Assembly: GCF_036321535.1 (NCBI RefSeq)
Contig: NC_087437.1
Coordinates: 37,016,001 to 37,080,000 of the forward strand
DNA length: 64,000 bases
Source of the DNA: Camelus dromedarius
Lineage: Eukaryota
Direction of reading: 5' to 3'
Shown here: in pieces, positions 1 through 12,499 of the stretch
How the letters are laid out: every line of letters begins with the position of its first letter
Numbering within the stretch: position 1 is the stretch's first letter
The notes under the pieces: model-generated
The model's database searches: none
What the model saw: only the letters and a program-made list of their open reading frames with translations
What the model was told of the DNA's origin: nothing
Position numbers and translations under genes: made by a program

Positions 1-74
1 AATCTCAGTTTATTTAATTGGCTGCCAAATGTACACCATGTGTGTACTTCCAGATGGCAAGAGATCAAGTTTTC

Positions 75-155
<81 letters not shown>

Positions 156-760
156 CCCGAAAGATCAAGTAGAATGTTTGTATCTCAAAGACAGGAAGAG
201 AAATGCAGGTTCCTCTAGAAGGACTGACTTCTTTAAGGTCAGAATTCTGAAAAGCTGTTTTATCAAGCTGGCTTTTTCTGATTTTACCTCATCTGCAACA
301 AAAGAGCCCTATATTGGTCATTTTAGGTTGAGATCTCCTTTAAGTAGGTACTTGCAAACAGAAGCTCCTTAGGAGCGTGCATCTGGCTGGGTGTTAGTCT
401 GTTTTGGCTTTTTAACACCCCTTGTTTTTCTGTTTGAGAGACTCTATTTCCTATATTAAAGTTAAAATTGTCGGGGATAAAATTTACTGGTGAACTTGTG
501 TGATGGGCTGGTGTGCTGCTTGTGAGCTTACCTGCCTAGGTCTTTACCCTAGAGTTATTTCAGCTCCTTTTCCACATCCCAGTTTCCCCCTCTGGTCGTA
601 TAACCACTATGGCTGCTCAGATCATAAATGGCCATTTCTTATGCATGTCCTCCACAAAGTGTTTTCGTTACTTAAAATGAGGGGGTTTCCCTTTAGGGAC
701 AGCTACAAGGTATGAGGACTTAACTCCACCACTCCTGCAAGAGCTCAATGCTCTCATGTA
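1..760 (-). mobile_element. Probable ERV1 internal (leader) sequence, continuing the element at 6845-7714 across the L1 insertion
   Basis: Non-L1 sequence adjoining the L1 poly(T) end. A degenerate target-site duplication links 751-766 to 6829-6844. Identity as ERV internal is inferred from position and general resemblance. Confidence 0.5.
78..153. repeat. Perfect (AC)38 microsatellite
   Basis: 76 bp of uninterrupted AC; explains the HT-repeat ORFs at 18..218 and 40..372. Confidence 0.98.
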
Positions 761-761
761 C

Positions 762-1143
762 TTTTTTGTATACAATTTTTAAAGGTTGCACTCTGTTTAG
801 GTAATGCAAAATATTGACTGTATTCCTTGTGTTGTACAATACATCGTTGTAGCCTATCTTACACCTAATAACTTATACCTCCCACTCCCCCACCACTATA
901 TTGCTCCCCACAATGGTAACCACTAGCTTTTTCTCTATACCTGTGAGTCTGCTGCTTTTTTGTTATATTCACCACTTTTTTGTATTTTTTAGGTTCCATA
1001 TATAAGTGGTATTATACAGTATGTCTTTCTCTGACTTATTTCACTTAACATAATGCCCTCTATGTTGCTGTAAAATGCAACATTTTGTTCTTTTTATGAC
1101 TGAGTAGTATTCCATTGCATGTGCATGTATGTGTGTATGTATA

Positions 1144-1220
<77 letters not shown>

Positions 1221-4200
1221 GCCATGTCTTCTTTATCCATTCATCTACTGATGAACACTTAGGTTTCTTCCATATCTTGGCAATTGTGAGTAATGCTGCC
1301 AGGAACATGAGGGTGCATGTATCTTTTCAAATTAGTGTTTTTCCCCCTGCCCAGATATATACACAGGAGTATAACTGTTAGGTCACATGGTAGTTCTATT
1401 TTTAGTTTTATGAGCAACTTCCATACTATTTTCCAGCAGTTTCATAAATTTATATTCCCAGCAGTGTACGAGGGTTCTGTTTCTCCACATCTTTTCCCAC
1501 ACTTGTTATTTGTGTTCTTTTTGATGACAGTTATTCTGACTGATGTGAGGTGATTATGTTTTTGATTTGCATTTCCCTGATGTTTAATGATATTGAGCAT
1601 CTTTTCATGGACCTTATGGCCATCTGTGTTTCCTCTTTATAAAGAGTCTACTCAGTTCTTCTGCCATTTTTAAAAATCAGGTTGTTTTTTGATGTTGAGT
1701 CATACAAGCTGTTTATATATGTTGGATGTTTATCCCTCATTGGTCATATAATTTGCAAATATTTTTTCCCATTCAATAGGCTGTCTTTTCATTTTGGCCA
1801 TGGTTTCTTTTGCTGTGCAAAAAGCTTTTAAGTTTAATTAGGTCATGTTTACTATTTTTGCTTTTATTTCCTTTGCTTTAGGAGATGGATCCAAAAAAAT
1901 ATTGCTACAATTTATGTCAAAAAGTGTTCTGTGTTTTACTTTATGAGTTTGAGGGTATCTGGTCTTACTTACATTTAGGGCTTTAATCCACTTTGAGTTT
2001 ATTTTTGTTTATGACGTTAGAGAATGTTCTAAGTTCATTTTTTACATGTAGCTGTCCAGTAGTTTCAGAACCACTTACTGAAGAGACTGTCTTTTCTCCG
2101 TTGTACATTCTTGCCTCCTTTGTACTAAATTAACTGAACAAAAGTGTGCAGGCTTATTTTTGGACCCTCTATCCTGTTCCATTGAGCTATGTATCTCTTT
2201 TTGTGCCAGTATCATACTGTTTTGATTACTGTAGCTTTGTAGTACAGTCTGAAGTCAGGGAGCCTGATTCCACTAGTTCTATTCTTGTATATAGAGACTG
2301 TTTTGGCTATTTGGGGCCTTTTGGTTTCCATAAAAATTAAAGAAAAATTAAATTTCTGTGAAAAATGCCATTGGTAATTTGAGAGGGATTGCTTTGAATG
2401 TGTAGATTTCCTTGGGTAGTACAGTCATCTTAACAACACCAGTTCTTCCAATCCAAGAACACAGTATATCTTCCCCTCTGTTTGCATCATCCTCAATTTC
2501 TTTCATTGATATCTTGTAGTTTTCAGAGTAGAGGTCTTTTGCCTCATTAGGTAAGTTTATTCCTAGGTATTTTATTCTTTTTGATGCAGTGGTAGATGGG
2601 ATTGTTTCCTTAATTCCTCTTTCTAATACTTTGTTCTTAGTGTACATAAATGCAACAAATTTCTGTACATTAATTTTGTATTTGGCAACTTTACTGAATT
2701 CATTGATGAGCTCTAGTAGTTTTCTGGTAGCCTCTTTAGGATTTTCTATATATAGTGTTATGTCATCTGTAAACAGTGACAGTTTTATTTCTCCCTTTCC
2801 AATTTATATTTATTTCTTTTGCTTCTCTGTTGTGACTAGGACTTCCAATACTATGTTGAATAAAAGTGGCAAGTGTGTGTATCCTTGTCTTGTTCCTGAT
2901 CTTACAGGAAATGCTTTGTGCTTTTCACCTTTCAGTATGTTAGTTGTGGGTTTGTCATATATGGCCTGCATTATGTTGAGGCATGTTCCCTCTATGTCCA
3001 CTTTCTGAAGAGTTTTTATGATAAATGTATGATGAACTTTATCAAAGGCTTTCTCTACATCTGTTGAGACAGATGATCAACTGATTTTTATCTTCAATTT
3101 GTTGATGTGGTGTATCACATGTATTGATTTCCAGACACTGAAAAATCCTTGCATCCCTGGGATAAATCCCTGTTTGATCATGGTGTACAACCCTTGTAAT
3201 GTAGTGTTGGAGTCATTTTGTTGAGAATTTTTGCACCTATGGTCATCAGTGATACTGGCCTATGGTTTTCTTCTTTCTTTCTTTCTTTCTTTCTTTTGTG
3301 ATACCTTTCTTACTGATTTTGGTATTAGGATGATGATGGCCTCATAGATGAGTTCAGAAATGTTCCTTACTCTGAAATTTTTTTGGTATTTTTTGATTTC
3401 CTCTTTATTTTATTCAGTAATCCACTGGTTGTTTAGTTGCATATTATTTAACCTCTACATTTGTCTTTTTGCAGGTATTTTTTTCTTGTAGTTGATTTGT
3501 AGTCTTATAGCAATGTGGCCAGAAAAGATGCTTAATATTATTTCAGTTTTCTTACATTACTCAGGCTTGTTTTGTGGCTTAGCATGTGGTGTATCCTGGA
3601 GAATATTCCATGTGTACTTTAAAAGAATGTGTATTATGCTGCTTTCAGATGAGACATTCTGTATCTATCAAGTCCATTTGACTAATGTTTGTCATTTTAA
3701 GACCTGTGTTTATTGATTCTCTCTCCAATGATGTGCATGAGGTGTTTAACTCCCCTACTATTATTGTGTTACTGTTGATTTCTCCTTTTATATCTGTTAA
3801 TATTTGCTTTATATATTGAGGTGCTCCTTTGTTGAGCCATATATTTATAATTGTTATATTTTCTTAATAGATTGATCTTCTGATCATTAGGTAGTGACAG
3901 TCTTTATTTAGTCTATTTTGTCTGTTACAAGTATTGCCGTTGCAGCTTTCTTTTGATTCCCATGTGCAGGGAATACCTTTTTCCAGTCCCTCAATAGATC
4001 TAAAGTTAGTGTCTTGTAGGCAACATACATATGGGTTTTGTTTTTGTATTCATTCAATCATTCTTTTGGTTGGAGCATTTATCCTGCTCACATTTAAGAT
4101 AATTATCAGTATGTATATTCTTAATGCCCTTTTGTTGATCATTTTGCATTCATTTTTGTAGATCTTTTTTTCCCCTATCTTCTTTTGTTTCCTTCTCTTG

Positions 4201-6828
4201 TGATTTGATGTCCATCTTTAGTGTTATGTTTGGGTTCCTTTTGTGTGTGTCTATATACCTAGATTTTCTTTCTGTGGTTACCATGAGGTTTTTGTATACC
4301 AGTCTATAAATATATAAATGTGATTGTTTTAAGTTGCTGATCTCTTAATTTCAAATGCAATTTAAATACCCTGTATTTGTACTTTCCTCCCCTCACAATT
4401 ACTGCTTTGATATCACATTTTACATTTAATTGTTTTGTGAATCCCTTAACTGCTTATTGTGGATACAGATGATTTTTACTACTTCTGTCTTTCAGCCCCT
4501 CTGCTGGCTTTGTTTGTGGATGATTTCCTACCTTTATTGTATGTTTGCCTTAACTGGTGAGCTTTTTCATTTCACAATTTTCTTGTTTCTAGTTTTGACC
4601 TATTCTTTGCTTAGAGAGTTTCCTTTAACACGTGTTTTAAAGCTGGTTTGGTGCTGAGCTCTTTCAGCTTTTGCTTCTCTGTAAAGAAAGCTTTTGATTT
4701 CTCCAACAAATCTGCACAAAAGCCGTGCTGGGTAGAGTATTCTTGGGTATAGGTTTTTTTCCCCTTTATCATTTTAAATATATCATGCCACTGGACTGCA
4801 GAGTTTCTGCTGAAAAACCAGCTGATAGGAGTTCCTTTGTATGTTATTTGTTGCTTTTCCTTGCTTCTTTTAATATACACAAATATCAAATACTTGTAAT
4901 TTTAACGACAACATAATCCTGTGTTGGACTCTGCACTTCCTGGACCTCAGTGACTAGTTCCTTCCCTAGCTTAGGGAAGATTTTAGCTATTACCTCTTCA
5001 AATATCTTCTCAGATCCTTTCCCTCTCTCTTCTCCTTCTGGGACCCCTATAATGCAAATATTAGTGTGCTTGATGTTGTCCCAGAGGTCTCTTTGTTAAA
5101 AACTTCTAACTTCTTGCGCTGTGCATCCATTTTTCTTCTGCGTTCTTCGATCACCTTTATGATCATTACTCTGAATTCTTTCTTGGGTGTATTGCCTATC
5201 TTTACTTCACTTAGTTCTTCTGGGGTTTTATCTTTTCCCTTCATCTGGACCATGTTCTTCTGCTGCCTCATTTTGTCTAAGCTGCTATTTGTATTTTTAT
5301 CTATGTAGTAGGTTAGTTACATTTCCTGACCTTGGATAAGTGGCCTTCTGTAGAGGATATCCTGTTCATACCAGCAGTGTACTCCCCTCTTGTTACCCAA
5401 GCTAGAGGCTCTAGGGGTTCCCTTTTAGAGGGCTGCATGGGTCCTCTTGTGGGGGGCTGACTATGCAGGTGGTCTGGTAGGCTTAGTTGGCCCATAACTC
5501 AGTTGGCTGCTGGGCCCTGCCTTGTGCGTATGCTGCTGGCTGCTGTTTAGCAGGTCCTGTTCATGAGTCAGCTGACTGCAGAGCCCCGGGGGGTTCTGAG
5601 GCTAGTGTGGGCTCAGTGGTGGGCACAGGTGGGATCCCAAAGACTCCAGGGCTGTTCCCCACTTAAAGCAGGTGAAGCCAGGTCCTAGGGTTAGTGCTGG
5701 ACTACTGGCCAGCAGAGCTGGTTCCTGGAGTCTGGCTGCAGGGCCCAGGGACCTCATAGCTCATCTCAGATCATTTGCATGGAGGGGTTCCTGACACAAT
5801 TGGGCACGGGTTCAGGGTTGTTGTGAAGCTTGCATTGGCCTGCTAGTGGACAGGGCCAAAGCCCAGCTGGTCCCAGGGTAGGGTCTAGCCTACTGTGGGT
5901 ATGCTGGGTCTGTACGCTGCGGGATCATAGTTTTCTTACACCTAATGTCTGCCCCCTGATGGGTGAGGCTGGTCTAGGTGCTAGTGCAGGATTCCTGGAG
6001 GGACAGCCAGTGCCTGCCACCGATGGGTGGAGCTGGGCTTTGACACTCTGGTGTGCAAAGCCATGTCTGGAGGTGGCTGTGGGCTCAAGAAGTTTCTAGG
6101 CAGCCTGTCTGCTGTGGGTGGGGCTCTGTCCCCACCCAGTTAGCTGTTTGGCATCAGGCATCACAGCACTGGCTCCTACAGGCTGTTGGGTGAGGCCAGA
6201 TCTTGGCAATAATGAGCTAAAGGGAGGATCCCAAAATGCAGCTGCCAATAGCACTGTTCATATGGTAGAATGTTCCAAAATATGGCTGCCGCTAGTGTCT
6301 ATGTGCCCAGCTGAGCCACAGCCACCCCCTACCTCTCTGGGGGTCTCTCCAGACCAGCAGGTAGGTCTGGCCCAGGCTCCTATCAAACTACTGCTTTTGC
6401 CCTGGTTTCTGGTGCACATGAGATTTTGTGTGCCTCTTTTAAGAGTGAAGTCTCTATTTTCTCCAGTTCTGTGGGGCTCCCAAAATTATTCCCCACTGGC
6501 CTTCAAAGCCAAATACTCTGGCGTTCATCTTCCCAGTGAAGGATGCCAAGGGTGGGGAGCCTGATATGGGGCTCAGAACTCGCATTCCTGTGGGAGAACC
6601 TCTGCAATATAATTATTCTCCAGTTGGTGAGTCATGGGCTATGGGTCGTGATTATCATGTATCTACCTCTCTCATTGTGGTTCCTTATGTATTTAGATGT
6701 AGAAGATCTTTTCCGGTAAGTTTCAGCCTTTTTCACTCACATGGCTGTTCTGCAGAGAGCTGTTATTTTGGTGTGCTCAGCAGAGGAGGTGAGCTCAGGG
6801 TCTTTCTACTCTGCCGTCTTGGCTGATC
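762..6828 (-). mobile_element. LINE-1 retaining both ends (5'UTR, ORF1, ORF2, 3'UTR), decayed, with an internal ORF2 deletion
   Basis: Minus-strand peptides: [22 protein letters not shown] (2348..2647), IYDKPTTNI..RSGTRQG (2810..3001), ORF1-like EFRVMIIKVI and KQQITYKGTPI (4611..5271). 5' end reads CCAAGACGGCAGAGTAGAAAGACCCTGAGCTCACCTCCTC on the minus strand. Degenerate TSD ctctcatgtacttttt (751-766) / ttctcctgtaatattt (6829-6844). Confidence 0.96.
1119..1220. repeat. Compound (TG)n(TA)n microsatellite inside the L1 3' region
   Basis: Seen directly. Confidence 0.95.
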
Positions 6829-6844
6829 TTCTCCTGTAATATTT

Positions 6845-7301
6845 TCACTTTTATCTTGACAAATTCTTAAGGTAGCTAATTGAAGGAAAGATGTCAGGCA
6901 AGCCTCCTCCCTAACCACTGAGCCCAGACTGCTCAGTATCCTTCAACTGAGTAAATCCCAGTGTCTTTCAACTGAGGGGGAAGCTTTCTCCTTGTGTCGT
7001 TTAGTCATCTCCCCAAGTACCACTCAGCTGGGGGTACTTTTTCCCAGTGTCTTTCAGCTGGATTCCCCCAGTACCTTTCAACTGGCAAGTCTGACACATG
7101 TTATACACTGCCAAATAAAACTCAGGATCATCAACTAATAAGCAGGAGATCCAAGAACCAAGAGAGACTCACCCAAATTCATCTAGACTCTGAGAAGGCA
7201 GATGGGCACAAGACACCTCTGCTGGTATGAGGCTCCAGATCCTTGTAGAGTTCAGGCAAAGTAGGTAAGTCTGCTTTGGGTCTCTTCATGGTCACCAGAA
7301 C
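6845..7301 (-). mobile_element. ERV1 5' leader adjoining the PBS
   Basis: Lies immediately downstream (minus strand) of the PBS and LTR; contains five copies of a 16-bp motif. Confidence 0.7.
7280..7297 (-). other. Primer-binding site, tRNA-Arg(UCG) type
   Basis: Minus strand reads TGGTGACCATGAAGAGAC, 15/18 to TGGCGACCACGAAGGGAC (complement of the tRNA-Arg-TCG 3' end as recalled); two differences are CpG decay; 4 nt from the LTR terminal CA. Confidence 0.8.
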
Positions 7302-7714
7302 TGTCCACTAAAAATAAGAATTACATTTTATTCAGAGGACTTGCTAAGGACTTAAGCCTCTCAAATAGCTCTGAGGGCCTGGTCTAAAGAGGTAAGGTGG
7401 AGCCAAGATACATAATTTTGCAACAAAAACATGTAGTTGGAGCATCAAAAGATAGTTACTGTTAAATAAGAAATCCAGGCATCCAGAGTTAATGAATTTA
7501 GCACTTTCCTATGTATTAGAAGATGCAAGATTCTGGGATCATTGAAATCATTTCTTTGATATGTACTTTAACTATCTAGGGCCAGTGTCCTGTTTTTCTC
7601 CATCCTGAATCCCCTCGGGTTCACAGTCAAGTCTTATTGCAGTAGCTGATGGCTTGATGACCACACTATCCTTTGTTTACTACTATGGCAGGCGACATTC
7701 TTTGTTCTTAAACA
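7302..7714 (-). mobile_element. ERV1 5' LTR (resembles artiodactyl MER41-like LTRs)
   Basis: TG...CA termini (tgtccac at 7302, aaaca at ~7714); AATAAA on the minus strand (tttatt ~7327-7332); PBS adjacent. Family name from recall. Confidence 0.8.
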
Positions 7715-8729
7715 ACTTCACATATAAGCATGCACAACAACCCGTGGACTGAGAGAATGTATTACAGTTTGAAAACGGGATTAAGTTGTTCATCTGTTCC
7801 CTTTCATTGAATAATTGTCATCCAAAGATGTTTCATTTGTTTGGGGTCAAATTATTGATTGCCAGTCAGTTCATTTTCCCTAAATTAGTTTTTCCATATT
7901 ATAGGCTCACCAGTGGTACTATATTAGTGTCACTGTGGAAGAACTGTTATTCTTATAAACTTTAAATATGTTACTAGTTTCTCTAGGAAGATTAGCTCCT
8001 TAGAAATATTTAAAAATCACTTCATATTTTAGGATTAAGTGCTACATAATTAAAGAATTCCATTAACTGCTACTTACAGATTAATGATACCAATTTTTAT
8101 TTGACATTATATATTTGAAGGCAATTCTTAACCTAAAACTAATAGCCAACTAAGGGCTAACAATTTTGAGATTTATTAATATTGCATAAGTATGCATATA
8201 TATATATATGATTTAATAAACATACACACTTTACTAAAATTTAGGAAGATGTGAAAATCAAAATGACCAATTTTCCTATATCCTAAGATTAAAAATGCTA
8301 CCCTCTGGTTTCTGAATATATAATGGAAATTAAAACTAGGTCTTTTTTATTATTGAATTCTGTCCTATCAATCAATTTTCTAATGTCCTTTGTTAACATT
8401 TACCACATTTAGTTTACACCAATCTGATGCATTTGCATGAAGCTTGAAAAATCCTGGCAATAAATTTGTCATTGAGAAAATAGGGCATATAAAAACAATT
8501 ACAAAAATTACCGTAATTTCATTTATTACCCATGAAACCTTAGGCTGTTTTTCCTTAAAAGGCTGGCACATTGTTCTGACTAGATTACTCAGTCTAAGAA
8601 AAAGTAAGGCTTCACAATATGGAACCTAACATTATTACATTTACAAAAATGTTACTTAGCTTACATGAACACAACTTGAATCATACGTCTGTCTTGACTA
8701 AACACATTAAATATTTCCTTATAAACTTA

Positions 8730-9070
8730 AGGGAAAATCTAAGTTTCTTCACATGACCCTTCACGCTTCAAGATTGTTTACTTTATAGCTTCTTATCCCT
8801 CCATTTCTTCACAAACCCATTTTACACCATACCCAAATAGCTGCAACTTCTAAAAAAGAAAGCCATGCTTTAATACTTTTTTTCCTTCCCTTTGTATGCA
8901 ATATTCTGCTTTGCTCCTTCTAGTGTAAATTATCTATCTATACACAGGAAGTATACACTTCTCCTCAGCCTTAATGTTTCAAATCAAACACTGTTTCCTC
9001 CAGGAAGGAACTAGACAGTTGTATATATCCTCCCATGGTCTTATCCAAACTTTGGCTAGGGACCTACCCA
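8730..9070 (+). mobile_element. L2 fragment
   Basis: CT-rich L2-like motifs (aaatctaagtttcttcacatgaccc; tcaaatcaaacactgtttcctccaggaag). Confidence 0.5.
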
Positions 9071-9531
9071 ATCACTGCAAGTGTTTTGTTCCCACACCTC
9101 TCATTCCAGTTAAACAATTTGGCTGAAATTGGAGAAAAAGCATAGTTAACATAAAAGTTAAATTACAGTTGAAAGTAAAACTGGTAAGTTTGAGAAACAT
9201 AAAAGGAAAATTTTAGAAGTTGATTATTAAAAATATCTTAAATATTATATAGAATAAGAAAATTGATGATTCAAGAGAAAAAAATTATAAAAATATTTAT
9301 ATATAGCTTCAATTTATATAATAACAAAAAAAGTTATAGTATTATACACTGACCTCAATTCACAATGATTTACAAAATTTAAAGTAACATTTAGAAGCTT
9401 GCTTGCTATAGCAATGATCAGATGAGTTGAAAGCTGGTATTCTGGATATTTGAAGAAAAAGTATAAATTTTATGCTTGATGAAATCTATAGTCTGTTTGG
9501 GTTAGTATTCTGTGTTTAACAACGTTTGAAG

Positions 9532-9720
9532 CAGTGGTTTCCTTATCTGTCAGTGCATCACCATACATAAACAATCATAACCATAAGTCATTTTTTTAAA
9601 TTGTAAATTTCAGAATTCTATCTCAACTACTATAAAATCCAGAACCTCTAGGAAAAAAGTAAAAGAATGCATATATTTAGATATGCAAATCTAATTTTAG
9701 ATCTCACTTGGAACCACAGA
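9532..9720. mobile_element. MER5-like hAT-Charlie MITE, highly decayed
   Basis: Terminal inverted-repeat remnants cagtggtttcc...ggaaccacag; about 190 bp. Confidence 0.45.
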
Positions 9721-9760
9721 TCTGAAGATAGAAACTGTCTCTTCCCAGTAGCACTCCTAT

Positions 9761-10296
9761 TGTCACTGGCAAATCCCATTTATAATTCCTGGAAGATAAA
9801 AACAGAAGCTGGGTAATAAATCTAACTTTTTTTTTCTTTTGTACTTAGTCTAGTTTCACTTGCTCCTATGGTGGCATGTGCAGAGGCCTTGCACACAGCA
9901 CTTCAGACCAGAGTTCACGTGTGAAATGGATACACCCCCTCAGCTTGGCAGACGGGACCGTGTGCAGAAGCCCTGCCCACTACACCACAATTCAAGATAG
10001 AGGTGGTGGGCCGTATGCAGAGATGCTGCACCCGGCACTGTGATCTGGAGCAGTGAGCAGCACAGCTATGCCTGACCCACCGGACTCTGCCCCCTTCCTG
10101 CTGACAAGAACCCTGTAAAGCAGCCCTCCCCACAGCCTGCTGGAGGAGCACATGTTACTCTAGAGCATGAGATTACACCTCTTCATTCTCTGATCAAGGA
10201 CTAAAACTTTCCTTTGCTTCTGAACCAAATTTGGTCCCTTTCTATTGGCTCAACTGACAATAGGCAGGAGGGACTGACTTGGGAAGGTCGGTAACA
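9761..10296 (+). mobile_element. 5' LTR
   Basis: tgtcactggc...ggtaaca; shares blocks with 16062-16462 (e.g. cacttcagaccagagttca; tactctagag; tttcctttgc; ttctattggct). Confidence 0.92.
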
Positions 10297-10302
10297 GAAT
10301 TT

Positions 10303-10320
10303 TGGTGACCCAGATCGGAT
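10303..10320 (+). other. Primer-binding site, tRNA-Arg(CCG) type
   Basis: TGGTGACCCAGATCGGAT, 15/18 to TGGCGACCCAGATGGGAC (complement of the tRNA-Arg-CCG 3' end as recalled); 6 nt after the LTR CA. Confidence 0.82.
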
Positions 10321-11249
10321 GGACAATGGCCTTTTCACTTGTCGCTATCCGCTGCACTACTCACCTCAGGTCTAGCGGGAGGATGGCAGAGGCTTTGGGC
10401 AGTTCGAGTGAGGATGACTGCCACTGGTCCTTAAGTACACCAGAGTGGGGTAGAATGGCAGCAGCCTTTGGCCGAATTCAGAGCACGTCCGCCCAGCAAC
10501 CCAATACCTGGATGTGGTACACACTCAGGGTAACCCCCAGGGTAATCTGAACTGCACCCCCTTGTGGCATTGTTGGGGATCAAACAGTAAAACTCACGTG
10601 TGTCGGCCCACTGCCTCTTGCTGGCCTTCCTGTGGTACAGGATGCCCAAGAACAGTGGGAACCTGTGGACAAGACGGGGCCATGTCAGTCTTGCCCATTG
10701 TCTCACCAGCAGTGTTGTCCTCTTGACCCCTGTACAAGGCAGTAGTGGCCACACCAGGGGTCAACAGTGGCATTCTCCATAATCACTTTTGGTTTAGTAA
10801 AGGAACATGGCCTGTCCTGTGAGCCAGGAGGAGAAACCAGGGGAAAGCCCAGATAGTAAGGACTGATGACAAAATGGAACAGGGATGCTCCATTCAAGTT
10901 CAGGGAAAGGCAACTGGGATGCCCACGTGTGAAAGGATACCACAGCAGATCCATAATGGGTGACATGACCTTTTCCATCAGCAGCGCTAGTTTCTCTGAA
11001 GTGAGCTGGAGAGCCCTGTGAGTGATGCACAAGACCAGAAACCTGTGAGCTGCTGGCAAGAACAGGAATCACCCACTGCCCAACCTCTCTTCCCCCCTCT
11101 GCTTTAGAGGTGAACCTTGATGATCCTTTATTGATCAAGGTTCCATGGGCTCTTCTCCTGTTATCAGCACAGAATATGAACTGCCTTAGTGACCTGATGA
11201 ATCCCTTGTGCTTTAAGCTCTCATGCAGACTCACCAAAATCCTTTTCAA

Positions 11250-12490
11250 CCAAAAGGAGAAAAGAGAAGACTCCTGCCTCAGACAGCTATGCCCCATTAT
11301 AAAGGACCAAGATGGACAGGAACTAGCATAGCTAGTTCTCTGGCCTGGTCCCATATGACCTCCTGTGGGACATTCAGACTGATGAAGGACTGACTGTTTC
11401 AAGCACAGGCCTTTATCAATTTAAGGAAAACCCCCAAGTGTATCAGATCCTACATCTATTTGGGTCTCTTGAGGAATTCATTAACAGGTGCTGGTTCCAG
11501 ATTTCCCAAACTGGAAATCTTTTGGGAGTCAAATCTTCTGACATTTGTGTGCCGACAAACAACTCCAACCATCCCCTCAGTAGTTGGAAAAAAGTCATAG
11601 TAAGGAATTGAGGGAAGAGCTAGAGGGATTCCTGAATCTGATTAGGGGAGTCTTTCAGACCCTTGACCACCTGGGCTGACATCCAGAGCCTCCTCAGTAT
11701 ACTCCTGACATGAAAAGAAAAGGCCACAATCTTTTCAAAAGCCAGAAAGGAAGCAGACAGACAACTGAAACAATGCATATCATGGTATCTTCAGACACGG
11801 GAACCAAGCAGTCCCAGATAACAAACCTAACTGGGACCACCATGACACTGGAGCAGAGAATGGAAGACAGAGGCTGACCCATTATAAAAATATGATCCTT
11901 AAGGGAATCCAGGCAGCAGGAAAGAACCCTGTCAATTGGAATAAGACAAAGAAAATCAATTAGGAGCCAATGGAAAACCCTTTGGGATTCCTAGAGCATC
12001 TCAGGGAATGCCTCCAACCTACACTACCACTGACCCCAAGTCATTACAAGGAAATGAGGTTGTATTTCATTTCCCAAAGTGCCCCTGGCATTAGGTGCAA
12101 ACTTCAGAAACTTGAAATATAACCAGATGCCCCTACCTTCGCCTGGTTTAGATTGCTTACAGGTGTTTAATAACCAAGCTATAGAAGAGGAAAAGTCAGA
12201 GGACTAAAAACCTGGAGGCAAGCCCACCTACCGGCTTTGGCACTCTAATATCAAACTTTCAGCACAGGAACCTGGACTAACCACCCACAGAGACTCTCAA
12301 CTCCAGTGAGTGACCCCAGGTCCCCACCAAGGGATAGCAAGCCAAGGACTCTAGGATCCAATCAATGAGTGCACCATATTGAAATAGGGACCCTAGAAGG
12401 AAGAATGTCCTCACTACCCTGAGGGGTAGAAATGGCAGATCCTGGTCACTACCCTCAAAGGCAGATGGTCCAAATAGATGAAGAATTACA
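11250..12490 (+). pseudogene. gag: Decayed ERV gag
   Basis: MA-like remnants ~11355-11460 (resembling WPxxGTF and QIPYI). CA major homology region IN*EPMENPLGFLEHLRECLQ ~11955-12020 and FISQSAPGIRCKLQKLE ~12066-12117. Broken Cys-His knuckle ending EECP ~12365-12411. Start boundary approximate. Confidence 0.85.
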
Positions 12491-12499
12491 GAACAAGGG

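Noticed and set aside
18..372. ORFs with His-Thr repeats (also 1060..1381 and 54697..55038)
   Set aside because: They are translations of (CA)n/(TG)n microsatellites.
5830..6826. Plus-strand ORFs of 89-148 aa
   Set aside because: Antisense to the GC-richer L1 5'UTR; no recognisable domain.
6934..7084. Repeat-spacer pattern resembling a CRISPR array
   Set aside because: Mammalian DNA, degenerate 16-bp units, irregular 8-40 bp spacers and no cas genes; it lies in an ERV leader.
10794..11402. 202-aa antisense ORF in the provirus
   Set aside because: Non-ATG start, no recognisable motifs, and located in a heavily mutated element; most likely a chance open frame.
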